Below are positions 1 through 9,283 of a stretch of 64,000 bases of DNA, in pieces. The DNA comes from an uncultured Collinsella sp. (GTDB lineage: Bacteria; Actinomycetota; Coriobacteriia; Coriobacteriales; Coriobacteriaceae). Position 1 is the stretch's first letter. Each line of letters opens with the position of its first letter. The notes below the pieces were generated by a model. It had not been told where the DNA came from. It did not search any database and was given only the letters and a program-made list of their open reading frames with translations. The position numbers were made by a program, and so were the translations under genes. The stretch lies in assembly GCA_959599095.1 (NCBI GenBank), contig CAUGGC010000004.1, positions 38,357 to 102,356 on the forward strand. The letters are read 5' to 3'.

Positions 1-163
1 GGGCGTAAATCTCACCGTTGGCGAACTGCTTTAGCGTAAGGCCCGAAAGCTCGACCCCAAGGTACTCAGCGATCTTCTGAGCGAGGGGACGGTTGGAGGA
101 ACCGGAATACACGCGGATGGACTTGCGCATATTCTCCGACTTCTCGGGATCATTAATCGGCAT
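1..163 (-). CDS. prs: Ribose-phosphate pyrophosphokinase, N-terminal part (runs off window start)
   Basis: Manual translation from ATG at 163: MPINDPEKSENMRKSIRVYSGSSNRPLAQKIAEYLGVELSGLTLKQFANGEIY, the typical Prs N-terminus; AAGGAG RBS upstream; follows glmU as in many bacteria. Confidence 0.93.
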   Translation of the reverse strand, partial: MPINDPEKSENMRKSIRVYSGSSNRPLAQKIAEYLGVELSGLTLKQFANGEIYA

Positions 164-307
164 TACCCTTCTCCTTTATACATCGAATGCCATATAGATG
201 CCTTGTTGCATTGTAACCGTGCGGCGGGGTTGATCGGGTCTTGATAACGTCTTTACCGTCAACGGACACGAACCGACCACTCATCCGGTCGCGCAGGTCA
301 CGATAGA

Positions 308-341
308 AAAAGGAGCCGTCCCCCACGGGAACAGCTCCTTA
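308..341 (-). terminator. Probable intrinsic terminator after glmU
   Basis: AAGGAGC...GCTCCTT stem followed by a T run on the minus strand. Confidence 0.55.
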
Positions 342-357
342 AATGCTTGGTAAAACG

Positions 358-1770
358 TTATACCTCGTCGTCCTCGTGCAGGCGGCGGCGGTAATCGGCG
401 GCCCAGCCCTCAATATTTACCTGACGGGCACGGCCCAGGCCGAGTGCGTCTGCCGGGACCGGCTCAGTGATGACGGAGCCTGCGGCCACGAGCGCGCCAT
501 CGCCGATCTGGGCGGGCGCGACCATCATGGTGTCGGAGCCGATGAAGGCATCCTTGCCGATGACGGTCTTGTGCTTGTGCACGCCGTCGTAGTTGCAGGT
601 GATGGAGCCTGCGCCCACGTTGACGCCGGAGGCCATGGTGGTGTCGCCGATGTAGGACAGGTGCGGCACCTTGGAGCCCTCGCCGATCGTGGACTTTTTG
701 ATCTCCACGTGCGTGCCGGCCTTGGAGCCATCGAGCATGTGGGTGCCCGGGCGCAGGTAGGCGCGCGGGCCGCAGTCGACGCCGTTCTCGATGACGGCCT
801 CGATGGCGATGGTCTCATCGATGGTGCAGCCGCTGCCGACGGTGGTGTCGGTGAGGCGGCTGTTGGGGCCAAGCTGGCACTCCTCGCCCACGGTGACGTG
901 GCCGATCAGGTGCGTCTGCGGCCACACGACGGTATCGCGGCCGATGGTGGCGTCGGGGCCGATCCAGGCCTGCGTGGGGTCGATGAAGGTAACGCCCTCG
1001 GCCATCCAGTGCTTGTTGATGCGGTCGCGCGCGATGGCGGTGAGCTGTGCGAGCTGGATGCGGCTGTTGACGCCCAGGCCGTCGCGGTAGTCGTCGCAGT
1101 GGAAGATGGAGACAGCCTGGCCGTGGCCCTTGAGGATCTCGAGCATGTCGGGCAGGTAGTACTCGGACTGCGCGTTGTCGTTGCCGATCTCGTTAATGTG
1201 GGCGGCGAGCTGCGCGCCGTCAAAGGCGTAGCAGCCGGCGTTGCACTCCAGCAGCGTGGCGGCCTGCTCGGGCGTGCAGTCCTTCTGCTCGATGATGCGC
1301 TCGATCTGACCATCGGCGCCCAGCTTGATGCGGCCGTAGCCAAAAGGATCGGGCGGGGTCATGGTCATGACGGTGCAGGCGAGCTCGCCGGTGGCGACGG
1401 TCTGCGCGAACTTGGCGACGGTGTCGGCGGTGATGAGCGGCAGGTCGCCGTTGAGCACGACGACGGGGCCTTGCGCGATGCCGCAGGCCTCGAGCGCGAC
1501 CTTGACGGCATGGCCGGTGCCCAGGCGCTCGGTCTGCTCGACGCACTCGACTTTGGTGGCGCTGTTGGCGTAGGCGCCATCGATGAGGGCGCGCATCTCG
1601 TCGGCGTGGCTGCCGATGACGACCACGACGCGGCTGCAGCCGGCCTTGATGGTGGCGTCGACGATCCACTGAACCATGGGCTTGCCTAGAATCTTGTGCG
1701 AAACCTTGCAGTGGTTCGACTTCATGCGGGTGCCCTCGCCGGCGGCGAGGATAATTGCGGTTGCGTCCAT
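358..1770 (-). CDS. glmU: Bifunctional UDP-GlcNAc pyrophosphorylase / glucosamine-1-P N-acetyltransferase
   Basis: ILAAGEGTRMKS, GTGHAV, EYYLPD, hexapeptide repeats, HLSYIGD, NYDG; start MDATAII at 1770 with AGGAG RBS. Confidence 0.97.
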   Translation of the reverse strand: MDATAIILAAGEGTRMKSNHCKVSHKILGKPMVQWIVDATIKAGCSRVVVVIGSHADEMRALIDGAYANSATKVECVEQTERLGTGHAVKVALEACGIAQGPVVVLNGDLPLITADTVAKFAQTVATGELACTVMTMTPPDPFGYGRIKLGADGQIERIIEQKDCTPEQAATLLECNAGCYAFDGAQLAAHINEIGNDNAQSEYYLPDMLEILKGHGQAVSIFHCDDYRDGLGVNSRIQLAQLTAIARDRINKHWMAEGVTFIDPTQAWIGPDATIGRDTVVWPQTHLIGHVTVGEECQLGPNSRLTDTTVGSGCTIDETIAIEAVIENGVDCGPRAYLRPGTHMLDGSKAGTHVEIKKSTIGEGSKVPHLSYIGDTTMASGVNVGAGSITCNYDGVHKHKTVIGKDAFIGSDTMMVAPAQIGDGALVAAGSVITEPVPADALGLGRARQVNIEGWAADYRRRLHEDDEV

Positions 1771-1969
1771 GTGATCTCCTGTTACGTTATAGAGACGTGT
1801 GTTTGGAAACGATACACGGCGCAATATGATACCGCAGGCATATGTTGAGCGCGTAGCGATTGGCTCATGGCGGCCGATGTCGGTGCCGCCGGCGTGGCGT
1901 TTGCGCTGCTTGCGTGCGGCGTTGGCGGTGCTGCGGAGCTGTCGTTTGAGCGAGGGGACGGGGGTGCCC

Positions 1970-2857
1970 GTGGACAACATACAAGAGGAGTTTGGCGGCG
2001 AGCCCGTCGCGGCATTCTCGATGTCGCATCCGGCTGTGCCGGCCCTCTACATGGTGCTGACGCTGGGGCTCACCATGTTCTCGATGCAGCCGGTGCTGAT
2101 TGCGCTGTCACTTGCGGGCGGGCTGGCGTATGGATTTGCGACGCGCGGGGCTGCCCGCACGCTGGGCGCACTCCGCTGGCAGCTGCCGGTGATTTTGATT
2201 ATCGCGCTGGTCAATCCGCTGTTTAGCGCCTCGGGCTCGACGGAGCTGTTCCGTATTGGCATGCGCGCGGTGTATCTGGAAAGCATGGTATACGGCCTGT
2301 GCATGGGCGGGCTGTTTGTGGCGAGCGTGCTGTGGTTTGAGGCCGCGGCGTCGATGCTCGAATACGACAAGGTGCTCGCGCTGCTGGGCAATGCCGCACC
2401 GGTGATTGCGCTCATGATCTCGATGTGCATGAGGCTTATCCCGCAGTTTTTACGCCGCGGTCGTACGGTGCTGGCGGTGCAGGATGCGATTGATGTGCCG
2501 GGCCGCGCGCCCACCGATCCCGTGCGATCGCGCCTGCGGGCGTCGAGCGTGTTGATGGGCTGGGGCATGGAAGATTCGCTGGAGCGCGCGGACGCCATGC
2601 GCTCCCGTGGATGGGGCGCCGCGACACGTCGCACGACGTACGCGCGGTATCGGCTGGGTCGCGGCGATGTTGCCGCGCTGGTTGGGCTTGCGGTGTTTGG
2701 TGCCGCTGCGGTGGCGGTGGCATGGACCGCGACAACGCAGTATTCGTTTTACCCGCAACTATCGGTGCCGGCGCCGTGGCTGGGCTATGTCGTGTACGCT
2801 GCCTGGATGATGCTGCCCTGCGTGTTGCATGCGATCGATGAGAAGAGGTTCGGCTGA
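1970..2857 (+). CDS. ECF transporter transmembrane T component
   Basis: Hydrophobic ORF with NPLFS and ADAMRSRGW coupling-helix motif; start uncertain (GTG 1970 or ATG 2021). Confidence 0.88.
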   Translation: MDNIQEEFGGEPVAAFSMSHPAVPALYMVLTLGLTMFSMQPVLIALSLAGGLAYGFATRGAARTLGALRWQLPVILIIALVNPLFSASGSTELFRIGMRAVYLESMVYGLCMGGLFVASVLWFEAAASMLEYDKVLALLGNAAPVIALMISMCMRLIPQFLRRGRTVLAVQDAIDVPGRAPTDPVRSRLRASSVLMGWGMEDSLERADAMRSRGWGAATRRTTYARYRLGRGDVAALVGLAVFGAAAVAVAWTATTQYSFYPQLSVPAPWLGYVVYAAWMMLPCVLHAIDEKRFG

Positions 2858-4500
2858 TGGCTCGGTTGGATAGGGGACCGGTGTCGGGCGCGGCATACGG
2901 CCCGGATATGCCGGCGATTGAGGTGCGGAGCCTGAGCTTTGCCTACCCCGATGCGGATGCTGCGGTGCTCGAGGGACTCGACTGGTCTGTTCCCCAAGGT
3001 GCATTTGCGCTGCTTGTCGGCGGTACCGGATCGGGTAAGTCGACGTTGCTGTCGCTACTCAAGCCCGAGATCGCTCCGGCGGGCGAGCGCACTGGCGAAC
3101 TGCTCGTGCTGGGCGAGAACGTCGCCGACATGGATGTGCGGGCATCGGCGGAGCGCGTGGGCTATGTGTTCCAGGATCCCGAGAACCAGATCGTGTGCGA
3201 AACCGTGTGGCACGAGATGGCGTTTGGCCTGGAAAACTTGGGGCTAGCGCGTGATGAGATGCGCCGTCGCGTAGCTGAGACCAGCTATTTCTTTGGGCTG
3301 GAAGATTGGCTTCACCGCGATACTGACACGCTTTCGGGCGGTCGCAAACAGTTGCTGTCGTTGGCGGCCGTTCTGACGCTGCGCCCGCGCGTGCTGCTGC
3401 TCGACGAGCCCACGTCTCAGCTTGATCCGGTTGCGGAGAAGAATTTCCTGCACGCGCTGTTTCGTGTGAATCGCGAGCTGGGCTGCACGGTTGTTGTGGC
3501 GACGCATCAGCCGCGCCCAATGCTCGAATACGCGACGTGTGCGTACCGGATTGAGGACGGTCGCGTGCGCGAGGTGGCGGATATGGCTTCTTTGGGACGC
3601 CGAGAATCGCTGTTTTCCGATGACATGTTGGGGTGGGGTGCCATCCGATGTGCAAATAAAGGAGTATTCAGCAGGCGTGAGGACAATTTGGGCTCTCTGG
3701 AGCCGCCCGGGGACGTATCGAGCGCGAAAAAAAGTTCGGAATTGGACAAATCGTCCGAATTTGTGGCGCAAACGTCGCTCGAGAACGGCTCGGAAGCCTT
3801 CTCGCGCACGGATGGAAGCAGAATACTCCAAAAAATGCACGGCGGGTCGGCTACCACCCTGTCGGAAGGCTGGTTTCGCTACGATCGAGCGTCCGGCTGG
3901 GTGCTGCGCGGGCTCGATGCTTCGTTTTCGGCTGGCGCGGTGCATGCAATCGTGGGCGGCAACGGATGCGGTAAGTCGACGATGCTCTCGGTGCTGGCGA
4001 AGACCGCCAAGCTGCAGCGCGGCCGCATGGTGCGCGAAGCGGCCTCGGCGGCGCTGCTGCCACAGAATCCCAAGGCATTGCTGGTTGCCGAGACGGTTCG
4101 CGATGAGCTGATGGAATGGGCCTCGACCTGCGGATACGACGAGGCCGCAGCACGGGAGCAGACAGCGCGCCTGGGTCTGGCGGGCTTGGAGGCGCGTCAC
4201 CCGTACGATCTTTCGGGCGGTCAGTGCCAGCTGCTTGCGTTGGCAAAGCTGCTGTTGATTGGCCCCGAGCTGCTATTGCTCGATGAGCCCACCAAGGGTT
4301 TGGACCTGGCCAGCCGCCGCATCATCGCCCGTGCCCTGCGTGACCATGCGAAGGCTGGCGGCACCGTCATCATGGCTACGCACGATTTGGACTTTGCCGA
4401 GCAGGTAGCCGACGACGTCGCCATGATGTTTGACGGCGAGATTGCCTGCGTGGAGCCCCCGGCCGACTTCTTTGCCGACAACGTGTTCTATAGGGCGTGA
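2857..4500 (+). CDS. ECF transporter double ABC ATPase (A-A' fusion)
   Basis: Two Walker A motifs (GGTGSGKS, GGNGCGKS), FQDPENQIV, two LSGG and two LDEPT motifs; overlaps the T-component stop. Confidence 0.93.
   Translation: MARLDRGPVSGAAYGPDMPAIEVRSLSFAYPDADAAVLEGLDWSVPQGAFALLVGGTGSGKSTLLSLLKPEIAPAGERTGELLVLGENVADMDVRASAERVGYVFQDPENQIVCETVWHEMAFGLENLGLARDEMRRRVAETSYFFGLEDWLHRDTDTLSGGRKQLLSLAAVLTLRPRVLLLDEPTSQLDPVAEKNFLHALFRVNRELGCTVVVATHQPRPMLEYATCAYRIEDGRVREVADMASLGRRESLFSDDMLGWGAIRCANKGVFSRREDNLGSLEPPGDVSSAKKSSELDKSSEFVAQTSLENGSEAFSRTDGSRILQKMHGGSATTLSEGWFRYDRASGWVLRGLDASFSAGAVHAIVGGNGCGKSTMLSVLAKTAKLQRGRMVREAASAALLPQNPKALLVAETVRDELMEWASTCGYDEAAAREQTARLGLAGLEARHPYDLSGGQCQLLALAKLLLIGPELLLLDEPTKGLDLASRRIIARALRDHAKAGGTVIMATHDLDFAEQVADDVAMMFDGEIACVEPPADFFADNVFYRA
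3650..3840. repeat. ~190-bp nested palindromic element in frame within the ECF ATPase linker
   Basis: Nested arm pairs GTGCA..GGAGTATTC / GAATACTCC..TGCAC, GGCTC..GAGCCG / CGGCTC..AGCC, GACGT / ACGTC, AGTTCGGA / TCCGAATT; more AT-rich than flanking codons. Confidence 0.75.
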
Positions 4501-4504
4501 TGGG

Positions 4505-5218
4505 ATGACGGACTGTCGTTTCTCGCGTTTACTCACAAAACTGGAGATTCCGCTGTTGTTGGCGGTGCCGGCGGTGATGGCAACGGCGTTGCTGGCGGGC
4601 GTTGAGCAGGCGGCGCTCGCCATGCTTGTCGTGGTGGCGCTGGTGCTTGCGCTGTTCTTTGCAGGCTACGAGGCGTCGCGACCGGGCCTGCGCCAGATTA
4701 TGCCCACGCTGGTGCTGGCGGCGCTGGCGGCGGCGGGCCGCATCTTGTTCGGCCCCATTCCCGACTTTAAACCCGTGAGCGCCATCGCCATCATCGCCGG
4801 GGCGACGCTCGGGCGTCGCAACGGCTTCATGGTCGGCGCGTTGGCAGCACTGACCAGCAATTTCTTTTTTGGGCAGGGCATGTGGACGCCATGGCAGATG
4901 TATGCCTGGGGCCTGGTTGGCTATGTTGGCGGTGCGCTGGCGCATGCCGGTGCGTTCGACCGTGCGGATGGAACCGTGCGCATGCCGGCGCTGATGGCGT
5001 ACGGCTTTGCTTCGGGTCTGCTGTACGGCGTGGTGATCAACGCGTACGACATTATCGGTTTTGTACAACCGCTCACGTGGGCGGGCGTCGTGGCGCGTCT
5101 TGCCACGGCAGTGCCGTTCGATATCACACACGGCCTCGCGACCTGCGTGTTCTTGGCCGCCCTCTACAAGCCTTGGTGTCGACGGATCAACCGCGTTGTC
5201 GTGAAATACGGGCTGTAG
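4505..5218 (+). CDS. ECF transporter S component, CbrT (cobalamin)-like
   Basis: PDFKPVSAIAII and SNFFFGQGMWTPWQMYAWG resemble CbrT-type S components; substrate is inferred. Confidence 0.8.
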   Translation: MTDCRFSRLLTKLEIPLLLAVPAVMATALLAGVEQAALAMLVVVALVLALFFAGYEASRPGLRQIMPTLVLAALAAAGRILFGPIPDFKPVSAIAIIAGATLGRRNGFMVGALAALTSNFFFGQGMWTPWQMYAWGLVGYVGGALAHAGAFDRADGTVRMPALMAYGFASGLLYGVVINAYDIIGFVQPLTWAGVVARLATAVPFDITHGLATCVFLAALYKPWCRRINRVVVKYGL

Positions 5219-5258
5219 GGCTGGTTGCGCCGGGGCGTGAATCAATACTTCCGAAGTA

Positions 5259-5424
5259 CCATTTCAAAACTATGCCGGTTTACGGGGCTAGATTAGCGTA
5301 GGCCGACCATACCGGCTTTTTTCAAAATAGAGCAAGCCGTTTACCTGAGGTTTTATTATTTCGGAATTGCGTATGGTTGGGGGTTCGCGATTCAGCCCCG
5401 TAAACCGGCATAGTTTTGGAATGG
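5259..5424. repeat. ~160-bp long-hairpin element, family A copy 1
   Basis: 31-bp inverted repeat 5259-5289 / 5394-5424 with 1 mismatch; internal CCGACCAT...TACCTGAGGTTT...TGGTTG. Confidence 0.85.
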
Positions 5425-5520
5425 CCGGCTGATATGACGGGCATCGTGGCCCTCAGAGAGCCAAATCGATCCGTTTTCCTCCGTCTCCAGACGTTCCCGG
5501 GGAATCAGTTGGCGGCGCTT

Positions 5521-5680
5521 GCCACGAAACTGGCCCATCTACTACGTTTAGCTTGATACCCCCGACCATGACCGCGTTTTATGAAAAACCGCAGGCTTTC
5601 TACCTGCGGTTTTCTTTTTGCGTTGTTCGCTGTGGTTGAGGGTAGTGGCTTAAACGTAGTAGATGGGTCAGTTCCGTGGC
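5521..5680. repeat. ~160-bp long-hairpin element, family A copy 2
   Basis: 30-bp inverted repeat 5521-5550 / 5651-5680 with 2 mismatches; internal CCGACCATGAC...TACCTGCGGTTT...TGTGGTTG. Confidence 0.85.
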
Positions 5681-5753
5681 GGGAGGGCCGCGTGGGTTCC
5701 CTCGCGAGGTGAAAATGATCCCTTTTCCTCCGTCCCCAGGGGATCAATTGGGG

Positions 5754-6572
5754 CTAGAGTTCTAGCGTGAGGGTGACGGGGCAGTGGTCGCTGCCAAAGA
5801 TGTCGCCGCGGATGCCGGTGTCGCGTACGTTGTCGGCGATTGCGTCGCTCACCAGGAAATAATCGATGCGCCAGCCGGCGTTGTTCTTGCGAGCATTAAA
5901 GCGGTAGCTCCACCAGCTGTAGACGCCCTCGACGTCGGGGTTTGCCGCGCGCCAGGTATCGGTGAAGCCGGCGTTGAGCAGCTCGGTAAACTTGCCGCGT
6001 TCTTCGTCCGAAAAGCCCGCGTTGCCGCGGTTGGACTTGGGGTTCTTAAGGTCGATCTCCTCGTGCGCCACGTTAAAGTCGCCGCAAGTTACGACGGGCT
6101 TGCCGCTCTCGCGCTCAAGCGCGCTCAAAAAGCCGCGATAGGCATCGTCCCAGGCCATGCGCACATCGATGCGCGCGAGTTCGTTTTGCGCGTTGGGCGT
6201 ATAGACGTCAACAAACCAAAACTTGTCGAACTCGAGCGCGCAGACGCGGCCCTCGGTCGCGGCTTGGGCAACGAGCTCGGCAGCCTCGCCTTCGCCGGCG
6301 TAGGACAGCAGCGCAGCGGCGTGCAGCACGCGTAGCGGTTCCTGGCGGCTAAAGACCGCGGTGCCCGAATAGCCTTTACGCTCGGCGTAGCTCCAGGTTT
6401 GGTGATAGCCGGGCAGGTCAATATCGACCTGGCCTTCTTGCAGCTTGGTCTCTTGCAGCGCCAGGATATCGACGTCGAGTTCTTGCGCGATCTGGATAAA
6501 GCTCGGGTCCTTTTTTAGCACGGCGCGCAGGCCGTTGACGTTCCACGAGGCGAAAGTGTAAGTCTGAGGCAT
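5754..6572 (-). CDS. xth: Exodeoxyribonuclease III / AP endonuclease
   Basis: SWNVNGLRA, LQETK, GYSGTA, CGDFNVAH, GWRIDY, GSDHCP motifs. Confidence 0.96.
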   Translation of the reverse strand: MPQTYTFASWNVNGLRAVLKKDPSFIQIAQELDVDILALQETKLQEGQVDIDLPGYHQTWSYAERKGYSGTAVFSRQEPLRVLHAAALLSYAGEGEAAELVAQAATEGRVCALEFDKFWFVDVYTPNAQNELARIDVRMAWDDAYRGFLSALERESGKPVVTCGDFNVAHEEIDLKNPKSNRGNAGFSDEERGKFTELLNAGFTDTWRAANPDVEGVYSWWSYRFNARKNNAGWRIDYFLVSDAIADNVRDTGIRGDIFGSDHCPVTLTLEL

Positions 6573-6686
6573 GGTGTCCTTTCGACGGGGTTGGCAGGCT
6601 TAAGATTAGCGCAACGGGGGCGGGGTGGGCTCCGTGGGCGACGGCGCAATCGCGGCCGCCCCGACCAACATGGACGGAGGACAAAC

Positions 6687-7439
6687 ATGACGCAAGCGAT
6701 AACAGATCCCAGGCAGGCCTCCGCCGCGCTGGCGGAGCTGTTCAATACCCACGAGCGCGTGGTGTTCTTTGGCGGCGCTGGTGTTTCCACGGCAAGCGGC
6801 ATTCCCGATTTTCGCAGCGTGGACGGCCTGTATCACCAGCAGTTTGCCTATCCGCCCGAGACCATGCTGTCGCATAGCTTTTACGAGGCGCATCCGGCCG
6901 AGTTCTTCGACTTTTACCGCACCAAGATGATCGCGCTTAACGCTAAGCCCAACCGCTGCCACACCAAGCTGGCCGAGCTGGAGCGCGCCGGCAAGCTCGA
7001 CGCCGTGGTGACGCAAAACATCGACGGCCTGCATCAGATGGCCGGCTCACAGCGCGTGTTCGAGCTGCACGGATCGGTCCATCGCAACATTTGCCAGTCG
7101 TGCGGCGCGGTCTATAGCGCCGAGTGGATTTGCTCGCGCGAGCACGAGGATGCCGCGGGCGTGCCTGCGTGCCCCGCGTGCGGCGGCCGCATCAAGCCCG
7201 ATGTAGTGCTCTACGAAGAGCCGCTCGACGAGCATGTGTTGACCGGTGCCGTTGCCGCCATCGCCGCCGCCGATGCCCTCATTGTGGGCGGGACCTCGCT
7301 CGTGGTGTATCCGGCGGCAGGCCTTACGCGATACTTTACCGGCGATACGCTGGCCATATGCAACCTTGCTCCCACCGATCAGGATGCAAATGCCGACCTG
7401 CTGATTTCTTGCGACATCGCGGCCGCGTTTGCGTTCTAG
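6687..7439 (+). CDS. cobB: NAD-dependent protein deacylase (Sir2/CobB family)
   Basis: GAGVSTASGIPDFR, TQNIDGLH, ELHG, two CxxC pairs, KPDVV, GTSLVVYPA; GGAGG RBS before ATG 6687. Confidence 0.93.
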   Translation: MTQAITDPRQASAALAELFNTHERVVFFGGAGVSTASGIPDFRSVDGLYHQQFAYPPETMLSHSFYEAHPAEFFDFYRTKMIALNAKPNRCHTKLAELERAGKLDAVVTQNIDGLHQMAGSQRVFELHGSVHRNICQSCGAVYSAEWICSREHEDAAGVPACPACGGRIKPDVVLYEEPLDEHVLTGAVAAIAAADALIVGGTSLVVYPAAGLTRYFTGDTLAICNLAPTDQDANADLLISCDIAAAFAF

Positions 7440-7534
7440 CCCGCGCGCGCGGATACAATAGAAAGACTGAGTGCAAAGCGACCCCGCCGCCAGCTCCCCA
7501 GACTCGGCGGCGTGGGCATTTTAGGAGAATGTTC

Positions 7535-9283
7535 ATGGCGAACGACAGCAAGACATGGCGGTGCGGAAAGTACGAGCTCAGCTTTGACCGTCCGCGCATC
7601 ATGGGCGTCCTCAACGTGACGCCCGATTCGTTTAGCGATGGCGGGGAGCACTTCGATCCGGATGCCGCCATCGAGTACGGCCTGGCGATGCTCGACGCCG
7701 GCGCCGACATCATCGACGTGGGCGGCGAGTCCACGCGCCCCGGCTTTACCCCGGTCAACCCCGACGAGGAGGCTCGCCGCGTGCTGCCCGTGGTGCGCGC
7801 GCTGGCCAAGGAGGGCGCCATCGTCTCGATCGACACGCGTCATGTGGCGGTTGCCAAGGCGGCCGTGCGCTGCGGCGCCTCGATCGTCAACGACGTGACC
7901 GGCTTCACCGATCCCAAGATGGTCGAGTTTGTTAAGACGAGCACCTGCGGCATCATCGTGATGCATGCCGGCGAGGTCGCCGCACCCGCCCGCACGCACG
8001 CGACGGTGCAGCTCGATACCTCGGCTGCGGCGTTTGTTGCCGAGAAGGCACGCGAAGCGGCTGCCGAGGCCGCGCGCGAGGCCGAGAAGCCGGCCCGTCG
8101 CCGTCGTGGCAAGTTGCTGGGCGAGCCTAAGCCGGAGGCCAAGCTTCCGGGCGGCGTGGTGCAGCCCTCGTTGCCGTTTGGCGAACCGGAGCCCACGTCC
8201 GAGCCTGTAACCGAGCTGGGGCAGGAGACGCCGGCCGCCGAGCAGGCAGCTGCCGCCGAGACCGTCGCGCCCGCGCCCGAGGCCGCGTCCGCAGCCACCG
8301 AGGCCGCATCGGAGTCCAATGACCGCCTGGCCGCCATGATGCGCCGCAGCGCCCGCCGCGAGGAGGCCTATGTGCCCACCTCGCAGCTCCGCCGCTTTAC
8401 CCTGCCCGATTCTGCGCCCATCATGCGCCGCGTCATGGGCTTTCTGTCCGACCAGGCCCGCACGCTCATCCATGCCGGCGTGTCGCGCGACCGCATCTGC
8501 ATCGATCCTGGCCCGGGCTTTGGTAAGTCGGCTAACGAGGACATCGTCATCCAGCGCGAGACTGCCAAGATGGCGTCACTGGGCTATCCGCTCATGTGTG
8601 CCGTGTCGCGCAAGCGCTTTGTGGGCGCCGTCTCGGGCGTGACCGAGGCCGCCGAGCGCGATGCCGCTACGTTTGGCGTGTGCCTGGGCGCCATCCAGGC
8701 CGGTGCCAACATCGTGCGCGTGCACGACGCCGCGGGTTTTGCGCAGTTCCTGAACGGCTACTGGGCGGTTGCCAAGCCACAGCCGCGCCGCGCGTTTGTG
8801 GCCGTGGGCTCCAACCTGGGGCATCGCTGCGACAACATCCGCGCCGCACGCGAGATGATCGCCGAGATTCCACTCACCTGCGTGTCCAACTCCTCCAAGA
8901 TTTACGAGAGCGAGCCGGCCTACGAGACGCGCCAGGACGCGTTTGCCAACGCCGTCATCGAGATCAAGACCGAGCTGGCGCCGCTGGTGCTGCTCGATGA
9001 GCTCATGAAGATCGAGGCCGAGCTGGGGCGCGACCGCTCCAAGAAGGCCAAGGCCAACGGTCCGCGCACCATCGACCTGGACCTGCTGTGGATGGATGGC
9101 GAGACCCACGGCGGCAAAAAGCTGCGCCTGCCGCATCCTCTCATTGGCGAGCGCGACTTTGTGCTGGTGCCGCTCGAGGACCTGATGCACGACCCGGCGC
9201 GGTTCTTCCGCTACAACGGTGTCGAGGTCAAGGAGCCCGAGGACCGCGTGGGCCATATCGTGGGCGAATTGGGGCGTATGTAG
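7535..9283 (+). CDS. folP: Dihydropteroate synthase (N-terminal, with low-complexity insertion) fused to HPPK (C-terminal)
   Basis: FolP motifs NVTPDSFSDGG, GGESTRPG, DPGPGFGK, SRKRF, RVHD; FolK motifs GSNLG, GPRTIDLDLL, LPHP, RDFVLVPL; start 7529 or 7535. Confidence 0.93.
   Translation: MANDSKTWRCGKYELSFDRPRIMGVLNVTPDSFSDGGEHFDPDAAIEYGLAMLDAGADIIDVGGESTRPGFTPVNPDEEARRVLPVVRALAKEGAIVSIDTRHVAVAKAAVRCGASIVNDVTGFTDPKMVEFVKTSTCGIIVMHAGEVAAPARTHATVQLDTSAAAFVAEKAREAAAEAAREAEKPARRRRGKLLGEPKPEAKLPGGVVQPSLPFGEPEPTSEPVTELGQETPAAEQAAAAETVAPAPEAASAATEAASESNDRLAAMMRRSARREEAYVPTSQLRRFTLPDSAPIMRRVMGFLSDQARTLIHAGVSRDRICIDPGPGFGKSANEDIVIQRETAKMASLGYPLMCAVSRKRFVGAVSGVTEAAERDAATFGVCLGAIQAGANIVRVHDAAGFAQFLNGYWAVAKPQPRRAFVAVGSNLGHRCDNIRAAREMIAEIPLTCVSNSSKIYESEPAYETRQDAFANAVIEIKTELAPLVLLDELMKIEAELGRDRSKKAKANGPRTIDLDLLWMDGETHGGKKLRLPHPLIGERDFVLVPLEDLMHDPARFFRYNGVEVKEPEDRVGHIVGELGRM

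Noticed and set aside
343..1689. Long antisense and alternate-frame ORFs (e.g. 343-1689, 11351-13639, 33047-35608, 48937-51588, 55661-57934)
   Set aside because: Shadow ORFs typical of high-GC coding DNA; they overlap well-supported genes and lack motifs
1771..1969. Cobalamin riboswitch ahead of the CbrT-type ECF operon
   Set aside because: No GGGAA..GGTG.AA.TCC or GCCACTG B12-box visible
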